Assembly (NCBI GenBank): GCA_950097015.1
Contig: CATNEN010000027.1
Coordinates: 62,001 to 126,000, forward strand
Direction of reading: 5' to 3'
From: Macrostomum hystrix
Taxonomy: Eukaryota > Animalia > Platyhelminthes
Length of the DNA stretch: 64,000 nucleotides
The notes beneath the pieces were generated by a model, which saw only the letters and a program-made list of their open reading frames with translations, did not search any database and was not told the DNA's origin. Both the position numbers and the translations under genes were made by a program. Below, piece by piece: positions 24,190 through 37,210 of this stretch (position 1 is its first letter; each line of letters begins with the position of its first letter).

Positions 24190-24345
24190 AATGATCAAAA
24201 GTCAATGACCAACACTATGATCAATAGTCAATGACCAACACTATGATCAATAGTCAATGACCACCAACACTATGATCAATAGTCAATGACCAACACTATG
24301 ATCAATAGTCAATGACCAACACTATGATCAATAGTCCATGACCAA
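24190..24345. repeat. 26-bp tandem repeat (agtcaatgaccaacactatgatcaat), about 5.5 copies, probably in the DBR1 3' UTR
   Basis: Lies between the DBR1 stop (24470) and a minus-strand AATAAA near 24172. Confidence 0.9.
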
Positions 24346-24469
24346 TTGTATTACTAGTTGAAGAAATTAAACCCATAGAATGAGCCTATGACGAGCTCCA
24401 TATAAAGAGCCTATGACCAATAATGCCAAGACTGAGAGCAAAGAAAACAAAAAAGATATTGGACTGTGA

Positions 24470-27400
24470 TTACGATTCATCCAAGTCATCAACAGCCGCC
24501 GCTGTAGTCGCAGCCTCCTTCTCATCCTCCTGTTTGTTGCTCTCGGAATCATTGGACGCGACAGCGGCGGCAGCTTCAGCCTCGGCATCAGCCAGCTGCT
24601 TGCTGACCTTCACGGGTGAATATTCCTCTTCTTCGGCACCATCGTTGTCATCCTCACTGTCGCAGGAGTCGTCCGAAGACGACGATGTGTCATCTCCGAT
24701 AGCAATCTCTTCACAATTGACCGCCCCTTCTGCATCGCCAGCATTGTCGATCTCGGGGTCATTATCGTCTTCGCCCGACGAACTGTCGACTGCGGCGTTT
24801 TCAGCCGACGCCGACAAAAGGCCGCGCTCGACGCCGCCAACGCCGCCGGCATTTGGGTTGAGCAGGTCGCACATTGCACACAGCAGCTCAGTCTGCGGAT
24901 TGTTGACTATAGTCAACGGAGGACCAGTGGAATCGTCCGCCGTGTGACGACCAGCGGCCGTGTGGTCCCGGTGGACCGGCACGGTGATTTCGAAATTCTC
25001 CGGCACTGTTAAATCGCCTTCGAATTGTTCCAGAGTTGCGCGCAACGCCTCCGGGGTAGCCGAATAGTCATGCTTGGCGTGAGTGGCCCTGGTTGGCAGC
25101 ATGACCGGTGCTCGGCTAAGTGACATCAATTCGTTAGTCGAGCGCAGCACGGTCAGCCATTCTGCGTCAAGTTTCAACACTTTGTCGCCAGGCGGCGCGT
25201 CGATGTCCAAAATTTGAAGAAAATCCCGACCGGGCAGCACCTTGTCCAGGGCTAGGAATCTGGGAGAAAGGTAGGAAAAGTAGATATCATCCTAGATGTC
25301 TCACAGGTAGATATCATCCTAGATGTCTCACAGGTAGATATCATCCTAGATGTCTCACAGGTAGATATCATCCTAGAAGTCTCACAGGTAGATATCATCC
25401 TAGATGTCTCACAGGTAGATATCATCCTAGATGTCTCACAGGTAGATATCATCCTAGATGTCTCACAGGTAGATATCATCCTAGATGTCTCACAGGTAGA
25501 TATCATCCTAGATGTCTCACAGGTAGATATCATCCTAGATGTCTCACAGGTAGATATCATCCTAGATGTCTCACAGGTAGATATCATCCTAGATGTCTCA
25601 CAGGTAGATATCATCCTAGATGTCTCACAGGTAGATATCATCCTAGATGTCTCACAGATAGATATCATCCTAGATGTCTCACAGGTAGATATCATCCTAG
25701 ATGTCTCACAGGTAGATATCATCCTAGATGTCTCACAGGTAGATATCATCCTAGATGTCTCACAGGTAGATATCATCCTAGATGTCTCACAGGTAGATAT
25801 CACCCTAGATGTCTCACAGGTAGATATCATCCTAGATGTCTCACAGGTAGATATCATCCTAGATGTCTCACAGGTAGATATCATCCTAGATGTCTCACAG
25901 GTAGATATCTGCTCAGAAATCTCAGAGTAAGATATCTGCTCAGAAATCTCAGAGTAAGATATCTGCTCAGAAATCTCAAATGTAGATATCTGCTTACAAA
26001 TATTGCAGGTAGGCATATAAACTTCGTTCTGATAGAGACGTAATTAAAAACTCACTTAGTTATTGACTTAAAGTCGTCTCTATGCTGAATGACCGCAGCA
26101 AATTTGCAGTGCAAATGCGCGGAGAACCAATACTTAGGCTTCAATCTGACTAGCAGCTCCTCTGTGGGCCTACTGCCGAGTTGGTTGCTCTCCACTTCCT
26201 CGCGAAAGAATGACTTCCGGCGCAGCAGGCCAGCCATGTCGCCGTAGCGATAGACACCCCTGGGCCAGTCGTGACTCAGCATAATATCGATCGGCGCCTG
26301 CAGCTGACGCAGCCGGAATACGTCAATGCTGCGCAGATGATAGACACTGCGCAGGCTGCCCTCATCATAGGGCGGATGCTCGAAGTGGCCAAGAGTATAG
26401 TCGTGCTGCTTGAAGATGCCAGAGAGGCCGCCGATGCGCAGGCCGCCGTAGTTGACCACCCCGGCGTAGCCCAGATACCAAATATTCGGCGCTAGCCAAC
26501 CACCATAGGGCAACTCCTGCGGTATTGACGGCTCATTTTATACCACTAGGGTCTTCAGTCGTACTCGTTCAATATAGTGATTAGTAAAAATACCAATAAT
26601 TACCAAATTTTAATATAGTGGCAACCAAGGACAACAAAAATAAACATGTTGTCATTGCCAACCAAAGACAACTAGCATCAACAGGTTGTCATTGCCAACC
26701 AAGGACAACTAGCATCAACAGGTTGTCATTGGCAACCAAGGACAACTAGCAATAACTGGTTGTCATTGGCAACCAAGGACAACTAGCATCAACAGGTTGT
26801 CAGTGCCAACCAAGGACAACTATCATCAACAGGTTGTCAGTGCCAAATAAGGACAACTATCATCAACAGGTTGTCAGTGCCAAATAAGGACAACTATCAT
26901 CAACAGGTTGTCTTTGGCAACCATGGACAACTATCATCAACAGGCTGTCAGTGCCAACCAAGGACAACTATCATCAACAGGCTGTCAGTGCCAACCAAGG
27001 ACAACTAGCATCAACAGGTTGTCATTGGCAACCAAGGACAACTAGCATCAACAGGTTGTCATTGGCAACCAAGGACAACTAGCAATAACTGGTTGTCATT
27101 GGCAACCAAGGACAACTAGCATCAACAGGTTGTCAGTGCCAACCAAGGACAACTATCATCAACAGGTTGTCAGTGCCAAATAAGGACAACTATCATCAAC
27201 AGGTTGTCAGTGCCAAATAAGGACAACTATCATCAACAGGTTGTCTTTGGCAACCATGGACAACTATCATCAACAGGCTGTCAGTGCCAACCAAGGACAA
27301 CTAGCATCAACAGGTTGTCCTTGGCAACCATGGACAACTATTATCAACAGGCTGTCAGTGCCAACCAAGGACAACTAGCATCAACAGGTTGTCATTGGCA

Positions 27401-27853
27401 ACCATGGACAACTATCATCAACAGGCTGTCAGTGCCAACCAAGGACAACTAGCATCAACAGGTTGTCATTGGCAACCAAGGACAACTAGCGTTAACTGGT
27501 TGTCATTGGCAACAAATAAAAACTATCGTTAGGTGGCTGCTTTTGTCAACAAAAGGTAACTAGGACAACCAGCTCACCTGCATATAATTTGACGCTTCGT
27601 GATTGCCGCCAATGACAATAGTAAGGATTGGTGCAGTTTTAATCTCGGCGTAGTACTGCCAGAAGTCGCACATTCTACGATGCTTCGGCGGGACAGCCAT
27701 GCACCTAAGATCGGCCGTGTTGCGGGCCGCTTGAAAATCGCCGCAGCATAGTAGAAGGTCCACTTTGAATCCGCCGTCAGATTCCAAATCGTGAATGGTG
27801 GCGTAGACTTTGTCTAATTCGCCATGTAGACAGCCGACTACGGCTACTTTCAT
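24470..27853 (-). CDS. DBR1: RNA lariat debranching enzyme DBR1, 508 aa; exons 27853-27578, 26516-26056, 25259-24470
   Basis: Metallophosphoesterase motifs GCLHG, GDFQ, GNHE, SHDWP, SAHLH. Junctions YMQ|ELPYGGW and TK|FLALDK. Acidic C-terminal tail. Confidence 0.96.
25279..25990. repeat. 27-bp minisatellite (gtagatatcatcctagatgtctcacag), about 23 copies plus 3 variant units, DBR1 intron 2
   Basis: Direct tandem repetition. Confidence 0.96.
26620..27520. repeat. 37-bp minisatellite (ggttgtcattggcaaccaaggacaactagcatcaaca), about 24 copies, DBR1 intron 1
   Basis: Period 37 (26701, 26738); each unit is internally palindromic. Confidence 0.95.
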
Positions 27854-27989
27854 GCTGAGGCTTGGCTAACGATTCGATTGGCTGAATAAAAGACAGCGAA
27901 TGGAAAATAGGGAAATTACATGTAGAAACGGCGTGCGGCAGCTGTCAATTTGAGAGGTTTAGGGATGTCAAGCCGAGGATCTGAGATGA

Positions 27990-28230
27990 TGTCAATTTAA
28001 GTAACTGGAGGGTTTATAGATATCAATTTGAGTATCTGGAGGGTTATGGATGTCATTTAGAGTATCAAGGGGGGTTAAGGATGTAAACTAAGTATCTGGA
28101 TGGGGTTATGAATGTCATTTAGAGTATCAAGGGGGGTTAAGGGTGTAAACTAAGTATCTGGATGGGGTTATGAATGTCATTTAGAGTATCTGGGGGGGTT
28201 AAGGATGCAAACTTGAGTATCTGGGAGAGT
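27990..28230. repeat. Degenerate tandem repeat (about 30/60 bp, agtatc..gggggtta core)
   Basis: Repeated motif blocks upstream of DBR1. Confidence 0.7.
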
Positions 28231-28332
28231 GTAGCCTAAGGCCTAGCGGTTTGATGGCCGAGCCTAGATGGCCACGTAATAGCTTCAGCGGTCGACATCT
28301 GTATAATTATATTATGGGACAGGGAAAGTTGA

Positions 28333-28483
28333 CAATGGCGTAGCCAGGGGGGTCGAGGGGTCATGACCCCCACCAGACGCCAGATTTTTTAGGGCTGATG
28401 CTGCTACACTGTGGGCAGTGAGGGATAGGCCATCGGGTCGTCGCCTATAACCCCCGCAGAGGAAAATCCTGACTACGCCAATG
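28333..28483. mobile_element. hAT-type MITE, 151 bp
   Basis: TIRs caatggcgtagccagg / cctgactacgccaatg (14/16 match); 8-bp flanks aaagttga / acagttga (7/8). Confidence 0.75.
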
Positions 28484-29759
28484 ACAGTTGAACCAAGATG
28501 TTTTGGGCCATGATTATCTAAATGCTAACTGATCAAATGCTCAAAACTGCTCAAAACTTTACTAGTACTGCCTACTTACCCTTGTGGAAGACAAATTTGT
28601 AACAAGAACACTGCCTAATTTAAGAACTGTCTTATTGCAGACACTGAACACTGACGGTTCATAGTGTGATGCGGACGTTTTTAATTCTAAGCACAAAAAA
28701 TAAAATAAGAAATACGTCTTTCGTGATAGGTAAACGATTTAGCTTAATTATATAGGTACGCTTGAACGGACCATTGCTTTTTTATTAACATTATTAAGAT
28801 TTCTATAGTATGCCGCCACATAACCGAATGGAAATTAAAGCCGGTGCAATTTCAGCCCCTTAAAGTAATTTTTCAAGGTTTCCATGAGAATTCTAGCTGG
28901 ACAATCCGATCATACGAAAAATGGGCATAAAAGCGTTTCTTGCCATAGTAATAAAAACACATAGATAAACGCGGCAGAGCAAGTGTCCTTAATTCAACAA
29001 TGGCTAGACAAATGGGGAGGGCTGTGCCGGCTCAAGGCAAATTGAACAAGAAATGATAGAATTATAGAACTAATAGCCGCTCAAACTATTGATGCTGCCT
29101 GCGTCGTGTTTTAATCGCCCCAAATTCCGAAAATCTGCGATATGATTGACTGATTTTAATTTAATTATTCAATTAAATTGCGAAACTTCGACGACAAGTT
29201 ACTGTCTGAATAACAAAACTTCGCTGATTTAATAATTGAACATGTCATACTTGAAGCGTCCAGTTTTTTACGCCTGATTCTGCACTCTTATTGTCGCTAT
29301 TTCAATCGTTGCTGATCAAATATTATCAACCACCAATTCAATGGTATTAGGACTTTTTGGACTTCTTCCCGTTGTACGATTGTACAGCAGTGGTTGAGAC
29401 GATCGTCGAAGTTCGAACTTCTTTCTAATAAAATAGACGTGCGGCCTTATAAGTTCAATGCATACAACTAATTAAAAAAAAGAGAAAACCGGGGACTAAG
29501 CATTGGGTGCCAGTCTTGCTCCAAACATTTCTGCTCGAAGCAATGCTAAAGCTTTTACAAAAAGACGAAAAGGTCCAAAAGTTAACTATTTAGTAAAACT
29601 TTCACTTTTACATTTCTTTGCGTCGTTATTTATGATTTGACAGGTCAAAGCAAACCAATGCTGATTAATGCGCCCCCACTTCTTGATTGACTGGACACTT
29701 GAAAATCATCAGACAGCGTTGGTTGAACAAATAACAGCGATACCAACTTAAAATGCTGT

Positions 29760-32700
29760 TTAGCGATGGGGCGGCGAATCAGACGGACCGCCGCTGCCGC
29801 TACGACGACGGGAACGGAATTCTCCGCCAGCGCCGCCGCGAAAACCACCGCGACCCCTAGGCCGATTGTAAAAATCGTCGCGGCTACCGCCGCCGCGGTA
29901 GCCACCGCCTCCGTCACGAGGATTACGAAAATCTCCTCTAGGCGGCCTGAAAAAGCCGCGATCGCCTCCGCCACGGCCTCTGTAAGGCGGCTCTGCAATC
30001 GCCGTTTGTTAGTTTTTTCATAGTTATTAATGTGAATGCTTCCAGTAGCTGCAGTTTTCTGCTAGTACACAGCATGACGCATATTTCTTTTCCATTTTTC
30101 TGACGAACATCGATTTGGTTTGTAGACAAATTAACAGAAATAAACTCTTTAATCACGTTTCTATGATCAATACTGCTTTGAATCCACCTTTCTTTTCTAT
30201 TTTACTTACTTGCTACACAACTAAAAACCTAGTTGCTATTCACTTTGACATTTACGCCGAGTAAATTGTAGTTCACTTGATCTGCCATGTAGGGAAAAGG
30301 CAACGCATAAACTGCGATAAACTACGCATCTTGCTGTCAAAGACTGTGGAAGTCCTAGTTACCTAGTTTAAGTCTGTCTTAGCCACTGCTTTCCGATGGC
30401 TAACATTAGATTTATAGAATCTGCTCTTACAACTACACACTGTAATTTGCAAATGGAAAGCGTTGAAAAATAAAATCATCATGCGATTGGTACACAAAAT
30501 TGATCAGATCTCAGCCTTTATCGAAAAATCGAATTTATAGAATTAATCTCATACTATAGCGTACGTTCAACAGCTTTTTTAGATTGTTACAATGGATATA
30601 AAAACGAAATGCTTTGTCAAAACAAGCGGCTCTTTAATAAGATGATTTAGTCGACTTCTTAATACAGGTGAATTTAGCTTTAAAGCAAAAAGAAAGTATC
30701 AATATTTTTTCGCTCATTGTATTTTACTTACACAACTTTGGCAATTTCACTGTCTCTATTTGCCGGCGTTGAAATTGTTCCACTTTCCGAATTAGGCAAT
30801 CAATCGGTTATTAAACATGTAGTCATTGAAAGCTACATTTTTTCAATAAGCTCAAAATATGAGCTCATTTCACGTTCTACAACTTCACTTTGTAAACGTA
30901 GTTGTTTTTTTAATTTTTTTTCTCATTAAAAGTTCAAGTTTATTTCCTTAATTTTATTTTTTTAAACGAATTTTTATGTCAATACGTCTAGCTACTAATA
31001 GCTGAGATCAGAGATCAAACTGTAAAAACCATTATTCGCACGTTGGATTATTTCCTATGCTTCCAAGAATTTTAATTCACTTCAATTAGCTTTTAGTCAT
31101 TAATGCTACCAGTCGACATAAAATTTCACTTAGCTAATATAGTTATCAAGCTTACCGCCATCACGCCTAAAGCCGCCATTATTGCGGTCATTGTAACGCG
31201 GCCGGTCCGGCTGAAATCTTGGCGGCGGCGGAGAGAATCGCCGCATGGACTGATGCGGCGGCGGCGGTGGACCGCGATTATCGTAGCGAGGCGGCGAGGG
31301 GCCTCTCGGGCTAGGATGCCGGTATTCTCTGTAAGCACGTGCATTTCATTTCTAATTTGATGCCTTTCAAAAAATCCAAGTCGATGCCTTTAAAAACGAT
31401 GAAACATCAAGTGAAAAAATCTACAAACGAAAATACGATTTGCAGAATTTAGGCGTTCTCAGTATTTATCGCTGGTACGACTTGCAGCTGTGAATTTTTT
31501 CTTACATGTCCAAGCTAGAACGAATTTAACCGTATTCATTTTTATTTAAAGTAAACTGTTAAAATGGACTAATTTGTTCTTTGTTCTTGAGAAAACCACA
31601 TTTGTTCTTTACGTTGTCATCTTTTTGCCAGTCTGCTTTTTGTCATCCGTAGGATACCACGAAAGGAATGCACTGATACACAAAACAATATCATTTTCTA
31701 GGCTTTTCATAGAGCAATGAAATTAATTAACTCGGCTCGTAATGTTTCCGACATTCGGTAAACCTGTATATGCTCGCAGCATTAAGTGTGTTAAGCAGCT
31801 TCTCTATAATTTCCACTGAGCAAGTAAAATTGCACCTGCAGCAACTTAAAATTAAAATCCGTATTTTGATTTGTCCATCTTTTTACTGTTGGTTAATGCA
31901 AATGTCATTTAAGAATTATGGTGAAACTTGTTCTGTTTTTTAACACACATTTTCTTCACATTGGAGTGAGTGCAGTTTGGCTGTTATAACGGAAGCATTA
32001 ATCTTTTAGGTGTTCCTAGTCACATTTATAGAAGGTATAAATTTTTATACCTCCTTCCCGGTATTTTTTATCAATCGACATACACCTCGCATTCATAAAT
32101 GTGGAGGATGAAATGCGTCTCTCGGCTATGATAATTCAAATTTCTTCTTAGAATGCCGTCAGTTTCAACAAACTAATGGCATTTACCATAACATCGGCAA
32201 CAAATCACCTGTGCAATACGTTATTTAACCGCTAATGCTCTCCTCATTCGATAGCAAGACCATTCATACCATTATTTGAAGTGAACATCCGCAAGTCATT
32301 TTCGTTTCTTTATTAACTGCTACTCTGCGTGACCACATGAGCTCGGTATCCATCTGTCAATTTTCATGCGATCATTTGATATGTATATCCGCAATTCACC
32401 TTTGTTCTTTAATCACTTATATTCGGCGTGACCACATGAGCTCGGACGACTCTGACTCTGGCTGTCAATATTCATGCGATCATTTGGTGTGTATATCCGC
32501 AATTCATCTTTGTTCCTTTAATCACTGATATTCGGCGTGACCACAAGACCTCGGTATCCATCTGTCAATATTCCTGCCATCTTTGATGTGCAGATTTACA
32601 AGTCATTTTGTTTCCTTCAATTACTGATAGTCTGAAGATCTCGACACAACAGTGCGATGAATTTGTTTTGTAGCAAGTTTGATACGAATCGAGGAACGCG

Positions 32701-33653
32701 ATTCGTAGTTCATTGTTATTATGTTATATTGTTTGTTTATATGCGCGACAATGGATTCTGAGTTTAAACTTCAAGAATTATGCGACAACTGTGCAAAACC
32801 TGAAGATAAAACTCAAACTTTCTTTTAGGACATTTTACTTCAAACTTGGATTACAAGACTTTCAATAAGGTGTTCCAGTTTACGACTCGATGAAGTAGCA
32901 GCGACAGAAGAGCTGAATAACAAAGTTTAAAAAGTGCAAACTCACCTATAGTTCCTGACAGGCGAACGATCCCTGAATAAATTGAAACAGAAATAAAAAA
33001 CCTGATGTTTTTTCTTTACTGAGCAGATCCATAATTCACGTAAATCAAAAGCATTAAAATCTGAAAATCTAGATTAGCTATCGATCTAGACTTAAATCAG
33101 ACCTAGATTTGAGGAATGTAAAATAAAATAAATATATACTCGTACATAATAAAAGCGTATACTATCATAAACATGGATACTTTATATCAAAGCACAATAT
33201 AAAATTTAATAGGTGGCGCCAATATCCGAACCTGTATCTGGGCGGACTAAAACGCATTCCACCGCCATATCCAGGTGGGCCACCCATATGCGGCGGCGGC
33301 AGAGGCGATCTGTCCCTGTACCCGCGATAGCCGCCACCACCGCCCATCATTGGCGGCGATGGAGAGCGTCGGCCGCCTCCGCGATAATGCGGCGAATAAT
33401 CCCGATAGCCCGGTCCGCCGTGGCGCGGCGGAGGCGGCCCTCCGTGCATTGGTGGCGGCGGAGAGGAGCGAAACTTGGAGCGCGGTACAGGCATCGGCGG
33501 CCCGCCGCCAAGACCCCGCGGCGGCGAATACTCGCGGTAGCCGCCACCACGGCCTCTCATTGGCGGCCTACCACCGCCGCGGAAACCGTCTCGATTATAG
33601 CCACCTCGGTTATCTCTGTCGAAGCCGCCACCGCCACCTCGTCCTCGGTACAT
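29760..33653 (-). CDS. Uncharacterised RGG/Ser-Pro-rich low-complexity protein, 284 aa; exons 33653-33232, 32972-32946, 31328-31156, 29992-29760
   Basis: Four exons join with consistent phases (2, 2, 1) into 855 nt ending in TAA. RGG and YRxYSP/FSPP motifs occur in all exons. Exons 2-4 were translated by hand. Additional upstream coding exons are not excluded. Confidence 0.8.
32270..32620. repeat. About 100-110 bp tandem duplication, about 2.7 copies, intron 2 of the RGG gene
   Basis: gcgtgaccaca starts at 32327, 32426, 32535. Confidence 0.85.
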
Positions 33654-33802
33654 GACGACTCTGGCTTGTTTATAACTGATTTACTAAAGTTTTATTTGAA
33701 AAAAATTTTTATAGCAACAGACTGGAATAAGGAAGCGAAAATGTGCTTATTTTAGAGTTGTAATAAGAATAGTAGTCTGCAGGTGTGTTCATGCAGGTTC
33801 AA

Positions 33803-34530
33803 CGACAATCGCCTGCACTCAACTGACTGCGCGACAACTGACTTCAGTGCATTGTATTACAAATCAACACTTTTATTACTATCAAACACCAAGTGTACTA
33901 TTTAATTAGACAAGACAAAATACCAAACAATCAAATAAACGCAAAAAGATAGCAAGCTATCATTTTTTGCAACATGTTTTTTTCGCTGTATGCTGTATAC
34001 CCCAGGGGTTAGCAACCTTAAATACCTCGTGGCCAAAGAGAGACTCCAAAAAACGAAAGCAGACTAAATTGACTGTGGAAAAAGACATAGAAGAGATCTA
34101 TGAGACAGAGAGATATGAAACAGGATAGAGGTGAGCCAGGTAAGAAACGAGACATTAGACAGTTGTGACATGGGATCGAGATGAGACATAGTTCAAGAGT
34201 GTTAAAAGGGGTCAGTGGCCGAATTTAGGAACTTCAAGGGCCAAATATGGCCCATGGGCTGGAGGTTGCTGACCCCTGCTGTATGCATTTGTAAAGTAAA
34301 TGTAATAGTGCTGATCATTTATACTTGTAATATAATGAATATATAATACAAGTATTTATAAACTTGCTACATTTATTTGCTTGTTTGTATTTTGTCACAT
34401 CTAATTAAATAGTGTTTAATGGTAATAGATGTGTTGATTTTTTATAACAAAGCATTGCAGTCAGTTGTTGCTGCAGTCAGTTTTAGTGCAGGCATTATTG
34501 TGTGGGCAATTGTCACCCAGTCAATTGTGT
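33803..34530. mobile_element. Degenerate inverted-repeat element hosting a nested MITE
   Basis: About 45-nt imperfect inverted repeat (cctgcact..aactgactgc..caactgact) at both ends; ends are fuzzy. Confidence 0.5.
34003..34278. mobile_element. hAT/Charlie-type MITE, 276 bp
   Basis: TIRs caggggttagcaacct / aggttgctgacccctg (15/16); imperfect ctgtatac / ctgtatgc flanks. Confidence 0.78.
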
Positions 34531-36394
34531 ACAGGTAATTTTTGTGCTACAGTTTATGCAAGGGTTGATCAAGTCCTAATGCCTCTTAAATTAAATGAAA
34601 TTCTTAAATTACCATAAATTTAGTGATAACTGTTTCAACTATTTTAATTTATTTTTTAACTTCTTATAATATACAATGCTTTTATAATAGCTAGAACAAT
34701 GAAAGGATTCTTTCTTGGGCTCCAGAGTTAAGAACTGGCAAGTAGCAAGGTCAATCAACTTGTAGTTATTCCTACATTTTAAGTGTAGTTCTTTTAGGTA
34801 TTTGTAAATTTTGTTAGATAAATGCTATGGGGTAGATTATAGTTAAAAAGGTCCCTGAGCATTATTTCATGGGAATGCCACATTTATTTGGGGTACAACC
34901 ATAAAGAGAGGGCTTGGGGGCTTGTTGTACAATTTTTGCCTTTGAGGGCAAATTTTGCATTTGCCATTTAATGTTAAAGTTAGTTTTGCATAAAGTATAT
35001 AAAGTTAATCTGATCTGTTAGTTTCACCCCTAGTTGTTTTTTATTTCTTTGAAAAGCAGAATACTTTTAATAAAAAATTAAATTAATTTCTTTTTTTTGA
35101 TAATTATGGCTGTTATTTATGATAATTATGATAATGATAATGATAATTATGGATATTAATGGATAAAAACACAGCCTTTTAACCTTTTTAGCTGAGTGTT
35201 ATCACAAAATCTTTAGATATTTGGTTGTTTATGGCTGTTTAAAATCTAGAATCTTGCTGCCACTATCCTCAAAGCTCAGCACAGATTAAAATCAAGCAGA
35301 GACCTAGTTTTGTGTCCCCTTGGTTCAATGCTTCAAAGATAGCATTGTTAACCACTTTATCTGATTCTTTCAAGGATGTAAACTGCCTGACTTATCTACA
35401 GGGCGGTCCGAATGTAAACTGCCTTCTAGCTCTAGCATTTCACTTAATATTACAACTTGGGTTATGGTTAAGCTATAACAATCCTTGCCTTGTCATAAAG
35501 TCTGGGGGGAATAGAGAAGGCTAGGGCCTATACTATAGACTTTGGCTAGGTTGGACACTAAGAGCTCACTATTGAGATCACCTATAGCTCTAGGCATGGC
35601 TTCAGTCCAAGAAGAAAAGACACATGCTTGAACTATTCTTAGGCAACTTTCTATACATTCTAGCATTAGCATCATGAGCCTGACAAGCAAAGTTTGCAGG
35701 TTGATAAGGCATTGAACATAGTCACAGTAGTAGACAACCATATTGATTGGGATGAAAAGTCAACTGACATTTGGACATAAACCTGCTACTAGGCACTAAG
35801 TAGGACAACTTTATTCAACTAGTCATGCTATCTGCATCTATCTATGGCCAAAACCTTAAAGTTAGAATTGGAGCTAACTATAGTCATTCCCTACTATTTT
35901 TCTATGGCTAGAACCAGAGCGAGGCTAAAATCAAATAAGTTTTCTGTTTGAAAACAAATTTAACAAGTATTAACCAAGAATAAGACAATAATAACAGGTA
36001 TTCTAGTCAGTTATTGCCTTAGTTATTAAAATTTGAACATTCTTAAATGATAAAAATAAGCTATCCTGAACAGAATAACACTAAATGCATATGTGCAATA
36101 AAGCTGCTACCAAAAATATTTTTCAAGATTAATCTGGACCAGGTCACCAGAGCATTGGATTTTTCATGAGTAATCCGAAATTTCACTTTTGCATTGGCCT
36201 AATTCAAACTGGGCCCTATGGTTCCTATGGTTTTGAAAGGGCCCCATGGTTTGGGCATTGAAAAATGATATGATATGACTAGTTAGATTAAAATTTGACT
36301 CTATGTGACACAAAGGCACCAATTCAAACTTGAAAATAATTATCAAAAAAACAAACTAAAATAATGCCAAAAATACACAAGATAATATGTAGAC

Positions 36395-36945
36395 CATAGT
36401 CCGGATCATGCTGGACTTACGCCGGAGGAAAAATCCAACATTTTTTGGCACTTACGCCAACCAAAAAAGGTCCCTCTGACTTACGCCACCCAAAAAAAGG
36501 TCCTTCACAAATCATGTTAATCGGTGATTAATTAAATTTAGAAGTTGCAACTGTTTAAAAATCTCACAAGTTGTAAATTCTGAATCAAGTATCAAAGTAA
36601 GCATCTTAAAGCTAAAAAACTTTTGCTATCCTACAATAGATATTCTGCTATCTCATTTATACGAACTGCAATATTTTAATGAACTTTGTTTTAATGCTGC
36701 TCCTAATTAACGCAAACATCATAATTAACGCAAATGTGTTATGTTCTATAGTGATACATTTGATCGTGAATGATCTCATTTGTGCTAACATTTACGCCAC
36801 TTGATTTATGCCATGTACTTACGCCAAGCACTTACGCCAAGGCACATTTTGGCCTATACTTACGCCAAGCACTTACGCCAGCCTCCGATCCCAAACCAGA
36901 TTTACGCCGGAGATCTCCGGCGTAAACGACATGATCCGGACTATA
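36395..36945. mobile_element. Non-autonomous Mutator-like (MULE) element, 551 bp
   Basis: TIR atagtccggatcatg / catgatccggactat; exact 10-bp TSD atatgtagac; subterminal ttacgcc repeats; 26-bp perfect palindrome at 36901-36926. Confidence 0.8.
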
Positions 36946-37210
36946 ATATGTAGACAACTTCAGCATTCAATCTCTACTTCAGCTTTGGAACAAAAATATT
37001 GTTGTAAATCATTACTTTGCATGTGTTTGAATTGAGCTTCTAAACCCTCTCAAGGTTCTAGTCAAGCCAGTATATAATTTTTCTATCCAAATTTATAGTA
37101 ATGGGCCAATGGCCTTGCACTAAGTCTTTGACCAAAATGTTTTGGCCTTTTTATATACAATCTCATATTTTATTAAACCTGGGTCCTGGTAATAAAATGT
37201 CTTTAGGGGC

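Noticed and set aside
25252-26016. 254-aa [12 protein letters not shown] on the DBR1 sense strand
   Set aside because: Intronic 27-bp array, out of frame with DBR1 exon 3.
29645-30023. Track ORFs 29645-29998 (-) and 29766-30023 (+)
   Set aside because: Wrong frames; the phase-consistent frame is the RGG-rich terminal exon 29992-29760.
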